From a virus (lineage: Duplodnaviria; Caudoviricetes): a stretch of DNA of 45,004 nucleotides. The notes below the pieces were generated by a model. The model was not told the origin of the DNA and ran no database searches. It saw only the letters and a list, made by a program, of their open reading frames with translations. Made by a program: the position numbers and the translations under genes. Positions 37,467 to 45,004 of this stretch are shown in pieces. The stretch covers positions 1 through 45,004 of the IMG/VR virus record IMGVR_UViG_3300014201_000011. The stretch is one strand, 5' to 3'. Positions within the stretch are counted from its first letter, which is position 1, and every line of letters starts with the position of its first letter.

Positions 37467-37925
37467 GTGGGACACCAGAGCCGGATCCGACAGAAGCGCA
37501 AGCAGGAGATCATCCACCGCAAGGTGCTCTTCGGCGGCGTCGAGACCGCGATGGAGGTCCACGCCCGGCTCGGGTGGCGCGGCCGGTGCCATTGCGGCGG
37601 CGCGCCCGTCGTTCAGATCCGGACCTTCATGCTGCTCGAGGACGCGATCAAGGCGTCGCCCGAGTACGTCGGCATGATCATGATGACGAACCCCGACGGC
37701 TCGATGCAGGTCCCCGTCCAGAAGACCAAGTTCGGCGACATGATCCGCGTCGCGTCGGTCCTCGCCTGCCGGCATCACCAGAAGGAGCTCGAGATCGCCG
37801 CGGCCCGCGGCCCGAGCAACGCGCTCGTCGAGATCGACCGCGGCCCCGGCGCCGAGCGGCCCGTCGTCGCGGTCGGCGACCTCCGCCACATCTCCGAGAG
37901 CGTCTCGGGCGCGCGGTCGGAGTAG
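37467..37925 (+). CDS. hypothetical protein
   Basis: TGG-TAGCGT-N6-GTG; CHC...C.HH. Confidence 0.7.
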   Translation: MGHQSRIRQKRKQEIIHRKVLFGGVETAMEVHARLGWRGRCHCGGAPVVQIRTFMLLEDAIKASPEYVGMIMMTNPDGSMQVPVQKTKFGDMIRVASVLACRHHQKELEIAAARGPSNALVEIDRGPGAERPVVAVGDLRHISESVSGARSE

Positions 37926-37928
37926 CCC

Positions 37929-38396
37929 GTGGCCGGCATCCGTCCATCCGCCCTGGCCGTCTTCGTCGAGGCCGGCGGCGGCCCGCCCGTCTCGCCCGTC
38001 GAGATGCCCTCGCCGAGCGACGTCCTCTACGAGCGCGGCCGCGGCCCCGAGGGCAAGCGCTGCGGCAACTGCGCGCTCTACGCCGAGGCGAGCGAGCGGT
38101 GCCTGCTGTTCGGCCAGGCGACCGAGGTCGGCGCCGAGATGGTCTGCGGCCACCACGCGAGCGGACCGCCGCAGCTCTACTCGTCGACGCTCGGCGGTCG
38201 GCAGTACGCCGACCCGACGCTCGCCGGGCTCGTCCGCGCGCCCGACGGCGGCGCCGCGTGCCGCAACTGCCGGCACTACTCGGGCGTCGAGGGCGAGTGG
38301 AGCGGCTGCTGCGCGGCCGTCTACGTCGACGGCCGGCCCGCCGCGGTCGAGGCGCTCGGCCGCTGCGCGCGCTGGCGATACGCGGAGGCGCGGTGA
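37929..38396 (+). CDS. tandem HiPIP-like Cys4 domain protein
   Basis: CGNCALY..C..C and CRNCRHY..C..CARW. Confidence 0.55.
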   Translation: MAGIRPSALAVFVEAGGGPPVSPVEMPSPSDVLYERGRGPEGKRCGNCALYAEASERCLLFGQATEVGAEMVCGHHASGPPQLYSSTLGGRQYADPTLAGLVRAPDGGAACRNCRHYSGVEGEWSGCCAAVYVDGRPAAVEALGRCARWRYAEAR

Positions 38397-38569
38397 GAGG
38401 CCTCCCGACCCCGCACCTCGTCGCGTTCCTCCTCGTCCTCGTCGGGACGTTGTTCGCCTACGAGCTCGACGGGATGTCCGAGGGGACGTTCGTGGCGATC
38501 GGCCGGTTCGTGTGGGCGCTGACGGTCGGGCTCACGGTCGCCGAGATCGTCCACATGCGCCGGCGGTGA
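38393..38569 (+). CDS. small two-TM membrane protein
   Basis: GTGA overlap; two hydrophobic segments. Confidence 0.5.
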   Translation: MRGLPTPHLVAFLLVLVGTLFAYELDGMSEGTFVAIGRFVWALTVGLTVAEIVHMRRR

Positions 38570-38573
38570 CCCG

Positions 38574-39518
38574 ATGTCGTTCCAGGAGGCGGCGCTCGAA
38601 CACGCACGACGGCTCGCCCGGCTTATCGACCGCGGCGGCGCCCTCCGCCTCCGCCGTCTCTACGAGGCGGCGCAGGCCGAGCTCGAACGGAAGATCGGCC
38701 ATGCGGTCGGCCGCGGCTCCGCACCCTTCACCGCGCACCAGCATCGCGTCCTCCTCGGCCAGGTCCGCCACGGCCAGATGGTCATCGCCCAGCGGCTCGG
38801 CGACGCGAGCGCGGCCGCGACCGTCGAGACCCAGCGCGACGCGCTCGACGCGGCCATCAGGAACATCCGGCGCGGCGAGCGCGAGTTCGGGTCCGGCGCG
38901 ACCGTTACGCTCCCGATCGAGGAGGCCGCGCGGTTCCAGGGCGTCCTCGACCGCCGCAAGACCTCGCTCCTCAAGCAGAACCGGACCTCGATGGCCCGCT
39001 ACGGCGCCGGGCTCGTCAAGCGGATCGAGGGCGAGCTCGCCGTCTCGCTCGCGACCGGCGAGACGACGCACGAGGCGACGACGCGCGTCGCGCGGACCGC
39101 CGACGTCGAGTTCTGGCGCGCCGAACGGATCGTCCGGACCGAGCAGGCCTGGGCCTACAACGCCACCCAGCGCGACGCCATCACGCAGAGCGCGAAGGAC
39201 CTCGACGAAGAGCTGTACATGCGGTGGACCGAGCTCGTCGACGACTACTCGCACGCGAAGCTCGACGACCGCGTCGGCGACGACTCGGTCGCGATGCACG
39301 GCCAGGTCGCTCGGCCCGGCGAGGCGTTCCGGATGCCGTCCGGCGCGAAGGGCGTCGCCGGCTCGCTCCGCGACGGCGAGTGGGAGCACCCGCCGAACCG
39401 GCCGCACGACCGCGCGACGCTGATGCCGTGGAGCCCGGCCTGGGACGAGGCGCCGCCGAGCTGGCAGGTCGTCGGCGGCGCGAAGGTCCCCGTCCGCCGG
39501 CAGCGGCGACGCGCGTGA
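38574..39518 (+). CDS. minor head/morphogenesis protein (Mu gpF/SPP1 gp7-like)
   Basis: RAERIVRTE..AYN, D.RVG.DS..MHGQV, HPPNRPHDR. Confidence 0.8.
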   Translation: MSFQEAALEHARRLARLIDRGGALRLRRLYEAAQAELERKIGHAVGRGSAPFTAHQHRVLLGQVRHGQMVIAQRLGDASAAATVETQRDALDAAIRNIRRGEREFGSGATVTLPIEEAARFQGVLDRRKTSLLKQNRTSMARYGAGLVKRIEGELAVSLATGETTHEATTRVARTADVEFWRAERIVRTEQAWAYNATQRDAITQSAKDLDEELYMRWTELVDDYSHAKLDDRVGDDSVAMHGQVARPGEAFRMPSGAKGVAGSLRDGEWEHPPNRPHDRATLMPWSPAWDEAPPSWQVVGGAKVPVRRQRRRA

Positions 39519-39550
39519 CGTCGCACGCCCGGACGTGGTACCTGTAACGC

Positions 39551-40141
39551 ATGGTCGCTCCCAACAAGCTCAAGGCGTTCGCGGACGCGGATCCCGGCAT
39601 GGCCGCCCTCAACGATCCGTCCGTCGACATGGCGGACTACGACGACCCCGACGACGACGAGGACGGCGCGGCGCCCGCCGAGGACCCGAAGACACGCGGG
39701 CTCGGGCTCATCGGCCAGTGGAAGGACCTTGGCCAGTCGCTCACCGCCGAGGCCGGCGAGATCATCGACAGCGCCCACGACATCGGCGGCGACCTCCTCC
39801 TCGCGAAGGTCCCCGAGGACGCGACCGAGGCCGTCGAGGAGGACTTCGAGGGCCTCCCCGACGAGCTGAAGGTCTGCCTCGCGAAGTACGTCGCCGACCT
39901 CCCGCCCGACGACGTGACCGCGGTCGCGACCGCGCTGATCGACGGGCACGACGGCGAGACCGAGGACGCCGACGTCTCGCTCGTCTCGAAGTACCTCACC
40001 GCGATGGCGTCGCTCGCGAAGGAGGAGGTCGACCCGGCCGACCTCGAAGACGAAGACGAGGACGACGAAGAGGAAGAGGACGAGGACGACGAGGACGATG
40101 ACGATGCCGGCGACGGCGACGGCGACGGCGGCGAGAGCTAG
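39551..40141 (+). CDS. extremely acidic protein
   Basis: D/E-rich throughout, poly-D/E tail. Confidence 0.75.
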   Translation: MVAPNKLKAFADADPGMAALNDPSVDMADYDDPDDDEDGAAPAEDPKTRGLGLIGQWKDLGQSLTAEAGEIIDSAHDIGGDLLLAKVPEDATEAVEEDFEGLPDELKVCLAKYVADLPPDDVTAVATALIDGHDGETEDADVSLVSKYLTAMASLAKEEVDPADLEDEDEDDEEEEDEDDEDDDDAGDGDGDGGES

Positions 40142-40152
40142 CCATCGGTTCG

Positions 40153-40188
40153 TTGACACCCCGGCGGCGCGGTGGCAGCCTCATGCTG
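40153..40188 (+). promoter_or_regulatory. sigma-70 promoter TTGACA-17-(TGG)CAGCCT, leaderless
   Basis: Consensus -35; 7 nt to ATG 40189. Confidence 0.6.
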
Positions 40189-40428
40189 ATGTCGCGCTTC
40201 CAGCGGTACCACGCGTTGCCGGGCATCTCCGTCCGGGACCCGGACTTCCACGACCCGGCGCGGTTCACGGACCGCGCGCGGTTCGCGGCTCCGGTCAGCA
40301 CCGCCGACGAGCCGGACACCGTCCCGGACGAGCCGACCGTCGGGACGGTCTTCGACCGCGGCGAGCGCCCGACGAACGACGACTTCACGCAGGTTCCCGA
40401 CCCGTCCCCATTCCGGCTCGGAGGCTAG
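40189..40428 (+). CDS. micro-protein 1 (79 aa), ends PDPSPFRLGG
   Basis: Leaderless promoter; shared C-terminal motif. Confidence 0.7.
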   Translation: MSRFQRYHALPGISVRDPDFHDPARFTDRARFAAPVSTADEPDTVPDEPTVGTVFDRGERPTNDDFTQVPDPSPFRLGG

Positions 40429-40431
40429 GCC

Positions 40432-40632
40432 ATGCCGAATCCGTCCCCAGGCAACCTTCGCAGCCCGCGCAAGCGGGCCCTCGAGCTCGGCACGGACCCG
40501 TCGGGGTTCGAGGACCCGGCCGCGGAGTACGACCCGACGCCGGGCGGCGCGTACGAGTCGAGCGTCGACACGACCCCCGACCCCGGCCCGCCGGGCTCGA
40601 ACACCTCCTCCCCCTTCAAGCTCGGCCAGTAG
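40432..40632 (+). CDS. micro-protein 2 (66 aa), ends SSPFKLGQ
   Basis: GGAGG RBS; shared C-terminal motif. Confidence 0.7.
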   Translation: MPNPSPGNLRSPRKRALELGTDPSGFEDPAAEYDPTPGGAYESSVDTTPDPGPPGSNTSSPFKLGQ

Positions 40633-40646
40633 AAAGGACCACGACC

Positions 40647-40829
40647 ATGCCGTCCGTTGTCACCCCGAACAACCAGCCCGGCCTCGGCCAGGGCTACAAC
40701 CAGCCCGTCGAGAAGTACGACTCGGAGCACGGGAAGTACGACCACAACGTCCCGGCGGACCCGCCGAACCTTCCGAACGCGAACCCGGCCGGCCCCGACC
40801 CGAGCCCGTTCCGCGTCGGCGGACAGTAG
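40647..40829 (+). CDS. micro-protein 3 (60 aa), ends PDPSPFRVGGQ
   Basis: AAAGGA RBS; shared C-terminal motif. Confidence 0.7.
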   Translation: MPSVVTPNNQPGLGQGYNQPVEKYDSEHGKYDHNVPADPPNLPNANPAGPDPSPFRVGGQ

Positions 40830-40845
40830 ACCGTAGGCGCGCGCG

Positions 40846-41232
40846 GTGCCGACGGACGAGTTCGAGCTCAACGCCCGGTGGCACTCGCGGCCACAGGACG
40901 GCGGGCTGCTGATCTCCGGCGCCGCCGAGCTGGGCGCCAAGATCGTCGAGTTCGTCACCCTCGACCAGAAGACGCTTGCCCCCTACCAGCTCACGGCGGA
41001 CACACCGCAGCAGGTCGCCTACGCCGGCGTCGTCAACGGCAACGTCGTCATCGTCAACGCCGACCAGCCGATGACCGTACAGATCACGAGCGCGTCGGGC
41101 GTCCTCCAGTCCATCCCGATCGACGACCAGCTCATCATCATCTCGCGGACCGTCCCGATCACCGCGATCCAGCTCGTCCGGACGCCGGGCACGCTGACCA
41201 ACGTCGCCGTGTTCGTCGGGGAGATGGCGTGA
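40846..41232 (+). CDS. beta-rich putative virion protein
   Basis: Composition and position. Confidence 0.65.
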   Translation: MPTDEFELNARWHSRPQDGGLLISGAAELGAKIVEFVTLDQKTLAPYQLTADTPQQVAYAGVVNGNVVIVNADQPMTVQITSASGVLQSIPIDDQLIIISRTVPITAIQLVRTPGTLTNVAVFVGEMA

Positions 41233-41284
41233 AGCGCCTGGACAGCGCCGCGCGCTGCGCAGTACAACCGAGCCCAGGAGCACC

Positions 41285-41761
41285 ATGACCACCACCGTCG
41301 TCCCGACCCTCCAGCAGCAGCTCAACAACGCGCTCCCCGACGAGCTTCCGGACATCCTCCGGCTGATGCAGTTCGGGAACATGGTGACGCCGCTCAAGCG
41401 CGTCTTCACCGGGCTGACCTCGTCGGCGACGCAGGTCCTCACCCAGATCGACGCGACCGGCGAGACCGTCGGCGCGTCGAACCCGAACCGCCTCGCGGCG
41501 CTCGCGGTCACCGCGCTCCGCACCGTCACCGGCGGCACGCCGGGCGCGCGCATCGTCACCGACGCGGGCGGCACCGCCGGCGCGCCGGGCGCGAACGGTC
41601 CCGGCATCGCGCTCATCTCGGACGACGGGACGACCCTGACCTTCGAGGCGGCGGTCACCGCGTTCACGATCGAGTATATCCCGCGCGCCGCCGTCTCGAT
41701 GACCGCCGCGGTCTCGTCGCTCACCGGCGGCATCGGCGCCGGCATCGGCACCGCGCCGTAG
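41285..41761 (+). CDS. putative head decoration/virion protein
   Basis: AGGAG RBS; T/A/G-rich; position before scaffold. Confidence 0.6.
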   Translation: MTTTVVPTLQQQLNNALPDELPDILRLMQFGNMVTPLKRVFTGLTSSATQVLTQIDATGETVGASNPNRLAALAVTALRTVTGGTPGARIVTDAGGTAGAPGANGPGIALISDDGTTLTFEAAVTAFTIEYIPRAAVSMTAAVSSLTGGIGAGIGTAP

Positions 41762-41911
41762 CCCTTCGCGTCGCGCAAGTACTCCTCGACGCGACGCCGC
41801 CCTCCGTCCACAGGTCCATCCACAACCCGAGCCACAACCACAAACCCAGGCAGGCGCCGACCAAACACGCCTACGACGGCGGTCAACAGTCGGTGAACCC
41901 AGGAGACGCGC

Positions 41912-42754
41912 ATGCCCGAGCCAGAGACGACCCCGAAGCCACCCGAGGCCACACCTCCGCCTCCGCCCACGCCGCCGGCAGCACCGCCGGACAACGCGGG
42001 AGGATCCGGGGACGGCGGAAAGACGGTCCAGCTCCAGCACGCGGACTTCAAGCGCATCAAGGACGAGGCCGAGAGCAAGGGGCGCCAACGTGCGCTCGCC
42101 GAGCTCGAGACCATCGCGCAGGCCGCCGGATTCGAGTCCGCCGCGGCCGCGTTCCAGGCGATGTCCGACTTGAAGAAGCAGCAGGCAGCCCGACCGATCA
42201 ACCCGCAGCCCCCGGAGAACGTCATGGCCACCCCGAAGCCCCCGAAGCCCAACAAGCCCGTCACCGTCGACAAGGCGGCGCAGGAGGCGGCCCGTCGCGC
42301 GTCCCTCGCCGACGAGGAGCGGCAGCGGTGGAAGAGCGACCGCAAGGCGCGGCGCCGTCTCGAGCGCGACGTCGAGGCGAAGGACGCGGAGATCCAGCTC
42401 CGCGGCCAGATCTACGGCTTCGGCGTCACCGGCAGGAACGTCGACTACGTCCTCCACCAGCTCCGGCTCGACATGCGCGGCAAGTCGGTCGAGGAGCTCG
42501 CCAAGTACGATCCGAAGGCGTTCGTCGAGACGCTCCGCAAGGACCAGCCCTACCTCTTCGGCGAGACCGTCCAGCCCGCGACGACCGGGACGAACGGGAC
42601 GACGCCGGAGACGGGCACGCCGGCGACGCCGCCGGCGGGACAGCCGACCGTCGACGCGGCGGCACAGATGCAGTTCGACGCTCGCTCCGCGAAGCCCGAG
42701 GCGGTCAGCGAGTTCATGAAGAAGCTCGGGCTGGACCCGACCAGGATGACCTAG
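41912..42754 (+). CDS. capsid scaffolding protein
   Basis: Disordered N-terminus, coiled coils, LRKDQPYLF motif; directly before the capsid gene; AGGAG RBS. Confidence 0.75.
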   Translation: MPEPETTPKPPEATPPPPPTPPAAPPDNAGGSGDGGKTVQLQHADFKRIKDEAESKGRQRALAELETIAQAAGFESAAAAFQAMSDLKKQQAARPINPQPPENVMATPKPPKPNKPVTVDKAAQEAARRASLADEERQRWKSDRKARRRLERDVEAKDAEIQLRGQIYGFGVTGRNVDYVLHQLRLDMRGKSVEELAKYDPKAFVETLRKDQPYLFGETVQPATTGTNGTTPETGTPATPPAGQPTVDAAAQMQFDARSAKPEAVSEFMKKLGLDPTRMT

Positions 42755-42824
42755 CCCTGGCACTGCGCATGTGCGAACATGCGCAGCAACAGGCGGTCCG
42801 TGAGGCCGCCAATCGAGGAAACCG

Positions 42825-44225
42825 ATGGCGCCTCCGTTTTCAACAATCGTCCAGGACCCCACGATCCGAGCCCTCGTCCAGACGGGTCTGCTCGAGCGCG
42901 CGTTCCACGACGCACTCTTCCCCCGCCTGCTCTTCCGCGGCGAGGCGAAGCCGGTGCTCTGGCCGAACCACGTCGGCGACTCGATGGCCTTCACGGGCGT
43001 CGGCCTGATCGCCCCGAAGGGCGCGCCGATCGTCCCCGGCCAGGACCCGATCCCGTCGAACTACCAGTCGGAGCAGTGGACCGCGCAGCTCCAGCAGTAC
43101 GCGGACAGCATCGACACGAACATGCCGTCCGCGATCACGGCGATCGCGAACCTGTTCCTCCGCAACGCGATGCAGCTCGGCCTCGCGGCCGGCCAGTCGC
43201 TCAACCGGATCGTCCGCGACCGCCTCTACAACGCGGCGAGCGCGGGCAACACGGTCTCGACCTCCTCGACGTCGAGTTCGACCGCGCTCCCGGTCGCGCG
43301 CCTCGCGGGCTTCACGACCGCGCGCCGCCCGGACCTCACGACCGGCTCTCCGGTCCAGTACCAGCCGGTCAGCGTCAACAACCCGCTGAACATCACGATC
43401 AACGGCGTCGGCTCGAACACGGTCGTCGGCTTTACGCCGAACACGGTCGGCGACGAGCAGGGCCCGGGCACGCTCACGCTCGGCGCGGCGGCGACGGTCC
43501 CGGCGGCGCGGACCGCGGTCCTCTCGACGGACAAGACGTTCGTCGTCTACGTCGGCGGCGGCATCCAGACCGACTCGATCAACTCGACGTGCCTGCTGAC
43601 GCTCGCGGCGATCCGCTCGGCGGTCGCGCAGTTCTGGCAGGAGAACGTGCCGGAGCACCCGGACGGCCTGTTCCACATGCACGTGGATCCGATTGCCCAG
43701 GGCCAGGTCTTCTCGGACCCGGAGTTCCAGCGCCTCCTGACCTCGCTGCCCGACTACTTCATGTACAGCAACTTCGCGCTCGGGAAGATCCTCAACACGG
43801 CGGTCTTCCGCAACTCGGAGTGCCCGCTGCCGGAGACCGTCTACCCGTACGACGGGCAGACGTACTCGACGAACGACCAGTTCGGCGCCGAGCTCTACTC
43901 GAACGGCAACCCGTCGACGGGCGACCGCCTCCACCGCTCGATCCTGACCGGCCAGGGCGGCATCATGGAGTACTACCAGGACCTCTCCGGACTGGTGACC
44001 GAGGCGGGCGTGACCGGCAAGGTCGGCGCGTTCTCGATCGACAACAACGGGATCACGGTCAACACCGACCGCATCCAGCTCATCATCCGCGCGCCGCTCA
44101 ACCGGCTCCAGGACACGGTGAGCTGCAGCTACAAGTTCATCGGCGACTGGCCGTTCCGCACCGACGTCCTGACCGGCGGCCCGCAGCGCATCAAGCGCGT
44201 CTGCCAGATCGTCTCGGGCGAGTAG
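42825..44225 (+). CDS. major capsid protein (HK97 fold expected)
   Basis: 466 aa after scaffold; LQQY...GLAAGQSLNRIVRDRLY spine-helix-like segment; followed by a terminator. Confidence 0.85.
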   Translation: MAPPFSTIVQDPTIRALVQTGLLERAFHDALFPRLLFRGEAKPVLWPNHVGDSMAFTGVGLIAPKGAPIVPGQDPIPSNYQSEQWTAQLQQYADSIDTNMPSAITAIANLFLRNAMQLGLAAGQSLNRIVRDRLYNAASAGNTVSTSSTSSSTALPVARLAGFTTARRPDLTTGSPVQYQPVSVNNPLNITINGVGSNTVVGFTPNTVGDEQGPGTLTLGAAATVPAARTAVLSTDKTFVVYVGGGIQTDSINSTCLLTLAAIRSAVAQFWQENVPEHPDGLFHMHVDPIAQGQVFSDPEFQRLLTSLPDYFMYSNFALGKILNTAVFRNSECPLPETVYPYDGQTYSTNDQFGAELYSNGNPSTGDRLHRSILTGQGGIMEYYQDLSGLVTEAGVTGKVGAFSIDNNGITVNTDRIQLIIRAPLNRLQDTVSCSYKFIGDWPFRTDVLTGGPQRIKRVCQIVSGE

Positions 44226-44290
44226 CGCCCGCGTCCGTCGACGGTCGCGCCGAAGAGTCCTCCCGGCCATCGCCGGCGCGCCGTTGCATT

Positions 44291-44334
44291 CGAAGGGCCC
44301 GGGGACCTCGTTACCCCTCGGGCCCTTCGTCTTT
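44291..44334 (+). terminator. intrinsic terminator after capsid gene
   Basis: CGAAGGGCCCG...CGGGCCCTTCG stem followed by TCTTT. Confidence 0.7.
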
Positions 44335-44368
44335 GCTGCGTCCGGCCGGCGGATGGTACCCTCGCGCC

Positions 44369-44764
44369 ATGGCACCGAAGACGAAGCTGGACCCGCTCGA
44401 GGCCGCGAAGCTCACGCCCGAGCGCTCGGCGACCGCGGACGACCTCCTCGACCGGAAGGACTGGACCGCGCCGCCGGCGGACGCGACGCCGACGTCGCCC
44501 GCGACGCAGGCGCCTCCTGCGGCCGCGCCGCCGGCGAACACGGAGCCGGCGCCCTCCGCGCCGCGCCAGGTCTACCGCGTCCGCCGGGCCGAACAGCGCA
44601 ACGTCGGCGGCGGCCAGGTCCACCTCTTCAAGGTCGGCCAGCTCCTCGACCCGGTCCACTACGGCGGGAAGGACCGGCTCGACCGGCTCCGGCTTGACCT
44701 CGAGTGCGTCCTCGTCGAGGGCGAGGGCCGGTTCACGAAGGTCGTCGGGGTCCTCCAGGAGTAG
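44369..44764 (+). CDS. hypothetical protein after capsid gene
   Basis: TGG-TACCCT-N6-ATG; Pro/Ala linker. Confidence 0.65.
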   Translation: MAPKTKLDPLEAAKLTPERSATADDLLDRKDWTAPPADATPTSPATQAPPAAAPPANTEPAPSAPRQVYRVRRAEQRNVGGGQVHLFKVGQLLDPVHYGGKDRLDRLRLDLECVLVEGEGRFTKVVGVLQE

Positions 44765-44767
44765 CCG

Positions 44768-45004
44768 ATGCCGCTGGACGACACCGAGCGCGAGCGTGTC
44801 CGCTACCACATGGGCTACCTGTCCGTGCAGCCCGCGGCGTCGATCCAGTTCGGTCTCCCGGCCCCGATCCAGACCCTCTTCCTCGTCGAGCTCGCGATGA
44901 CGAACCTGCTGGAGGACGGCGTCGACCGCGTCCGCCAGCTCCTCCAGACCCTCGACATGATCGAGGCCCGGATGCGCGACGGCGTGAAGTTCCTCGTCGC
45001 CGAG
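44768..45004 (+). CDS. putative head-completion/adaptor protein (3' truncated by window)
   Basis: MPLDDTERERVRYHMGY..., open to the window end; call is positional. Confidence 0.55.
   Translation, partial: MPLDDTERERVRYHMGYLSVQPAASIQFGLPAPIQTLFLVELAMTNLLEDGVDRVRQLLQTLDMIEARMRDGVKFLVAE

Overview
This very GC-rich window is part of a tailed dsDNA phage or prophage. No integrase, repressor switch or host gene is visible, so lifestyle and host cannot be fixed. Bases 1-8.5 kb read leftward and hold small early genes, an IbrB/IbrA/cupin/ParB cluster and an SSB(DUF669)-Sak4-PD-(D/E)XK recombination module. Bases 8.5-26.5 kb read rightward and hold an SF1 helicase, an initiator plus DnaC-like loader, RuvC, many small Zn-finger genes, an SLT-like enzyme, a Dam-like MTase and a phage sigma-70. 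Bases 26.6-45 kb hold an atypical tRNA, a repeat-rich putative pac/ori region, TerS, TerL, portal, minor head protein, scaffold, major capsid protein and the start of a head-completion gene, interleaved with many accessory genes. Most long ORFs in the track are GC-driven shadow frames. The most notable signals are: (i) short exact copies of the phage's own capsid and terminase genes elsewhere in the genome, one kept in frame inside a five-Zn-ribbon protein; (ii) three adjacent micro-proteins sharing a C-terminal SPF[RK][LV]G(G/Q) tag; (iii) a 123-nt tRNA-like RNA with an oversized anticodon arm, plus an Arg-bodied tRNA with a GCU anticodon; (iv) a possible DNA-modification cluster; (v) a recurrent PPANATP motif in unrelated proteins; (vi) leaderless and TGTCAG-N10 promoter classes. 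All family calls come from motif recognition by eye, not from database searches.
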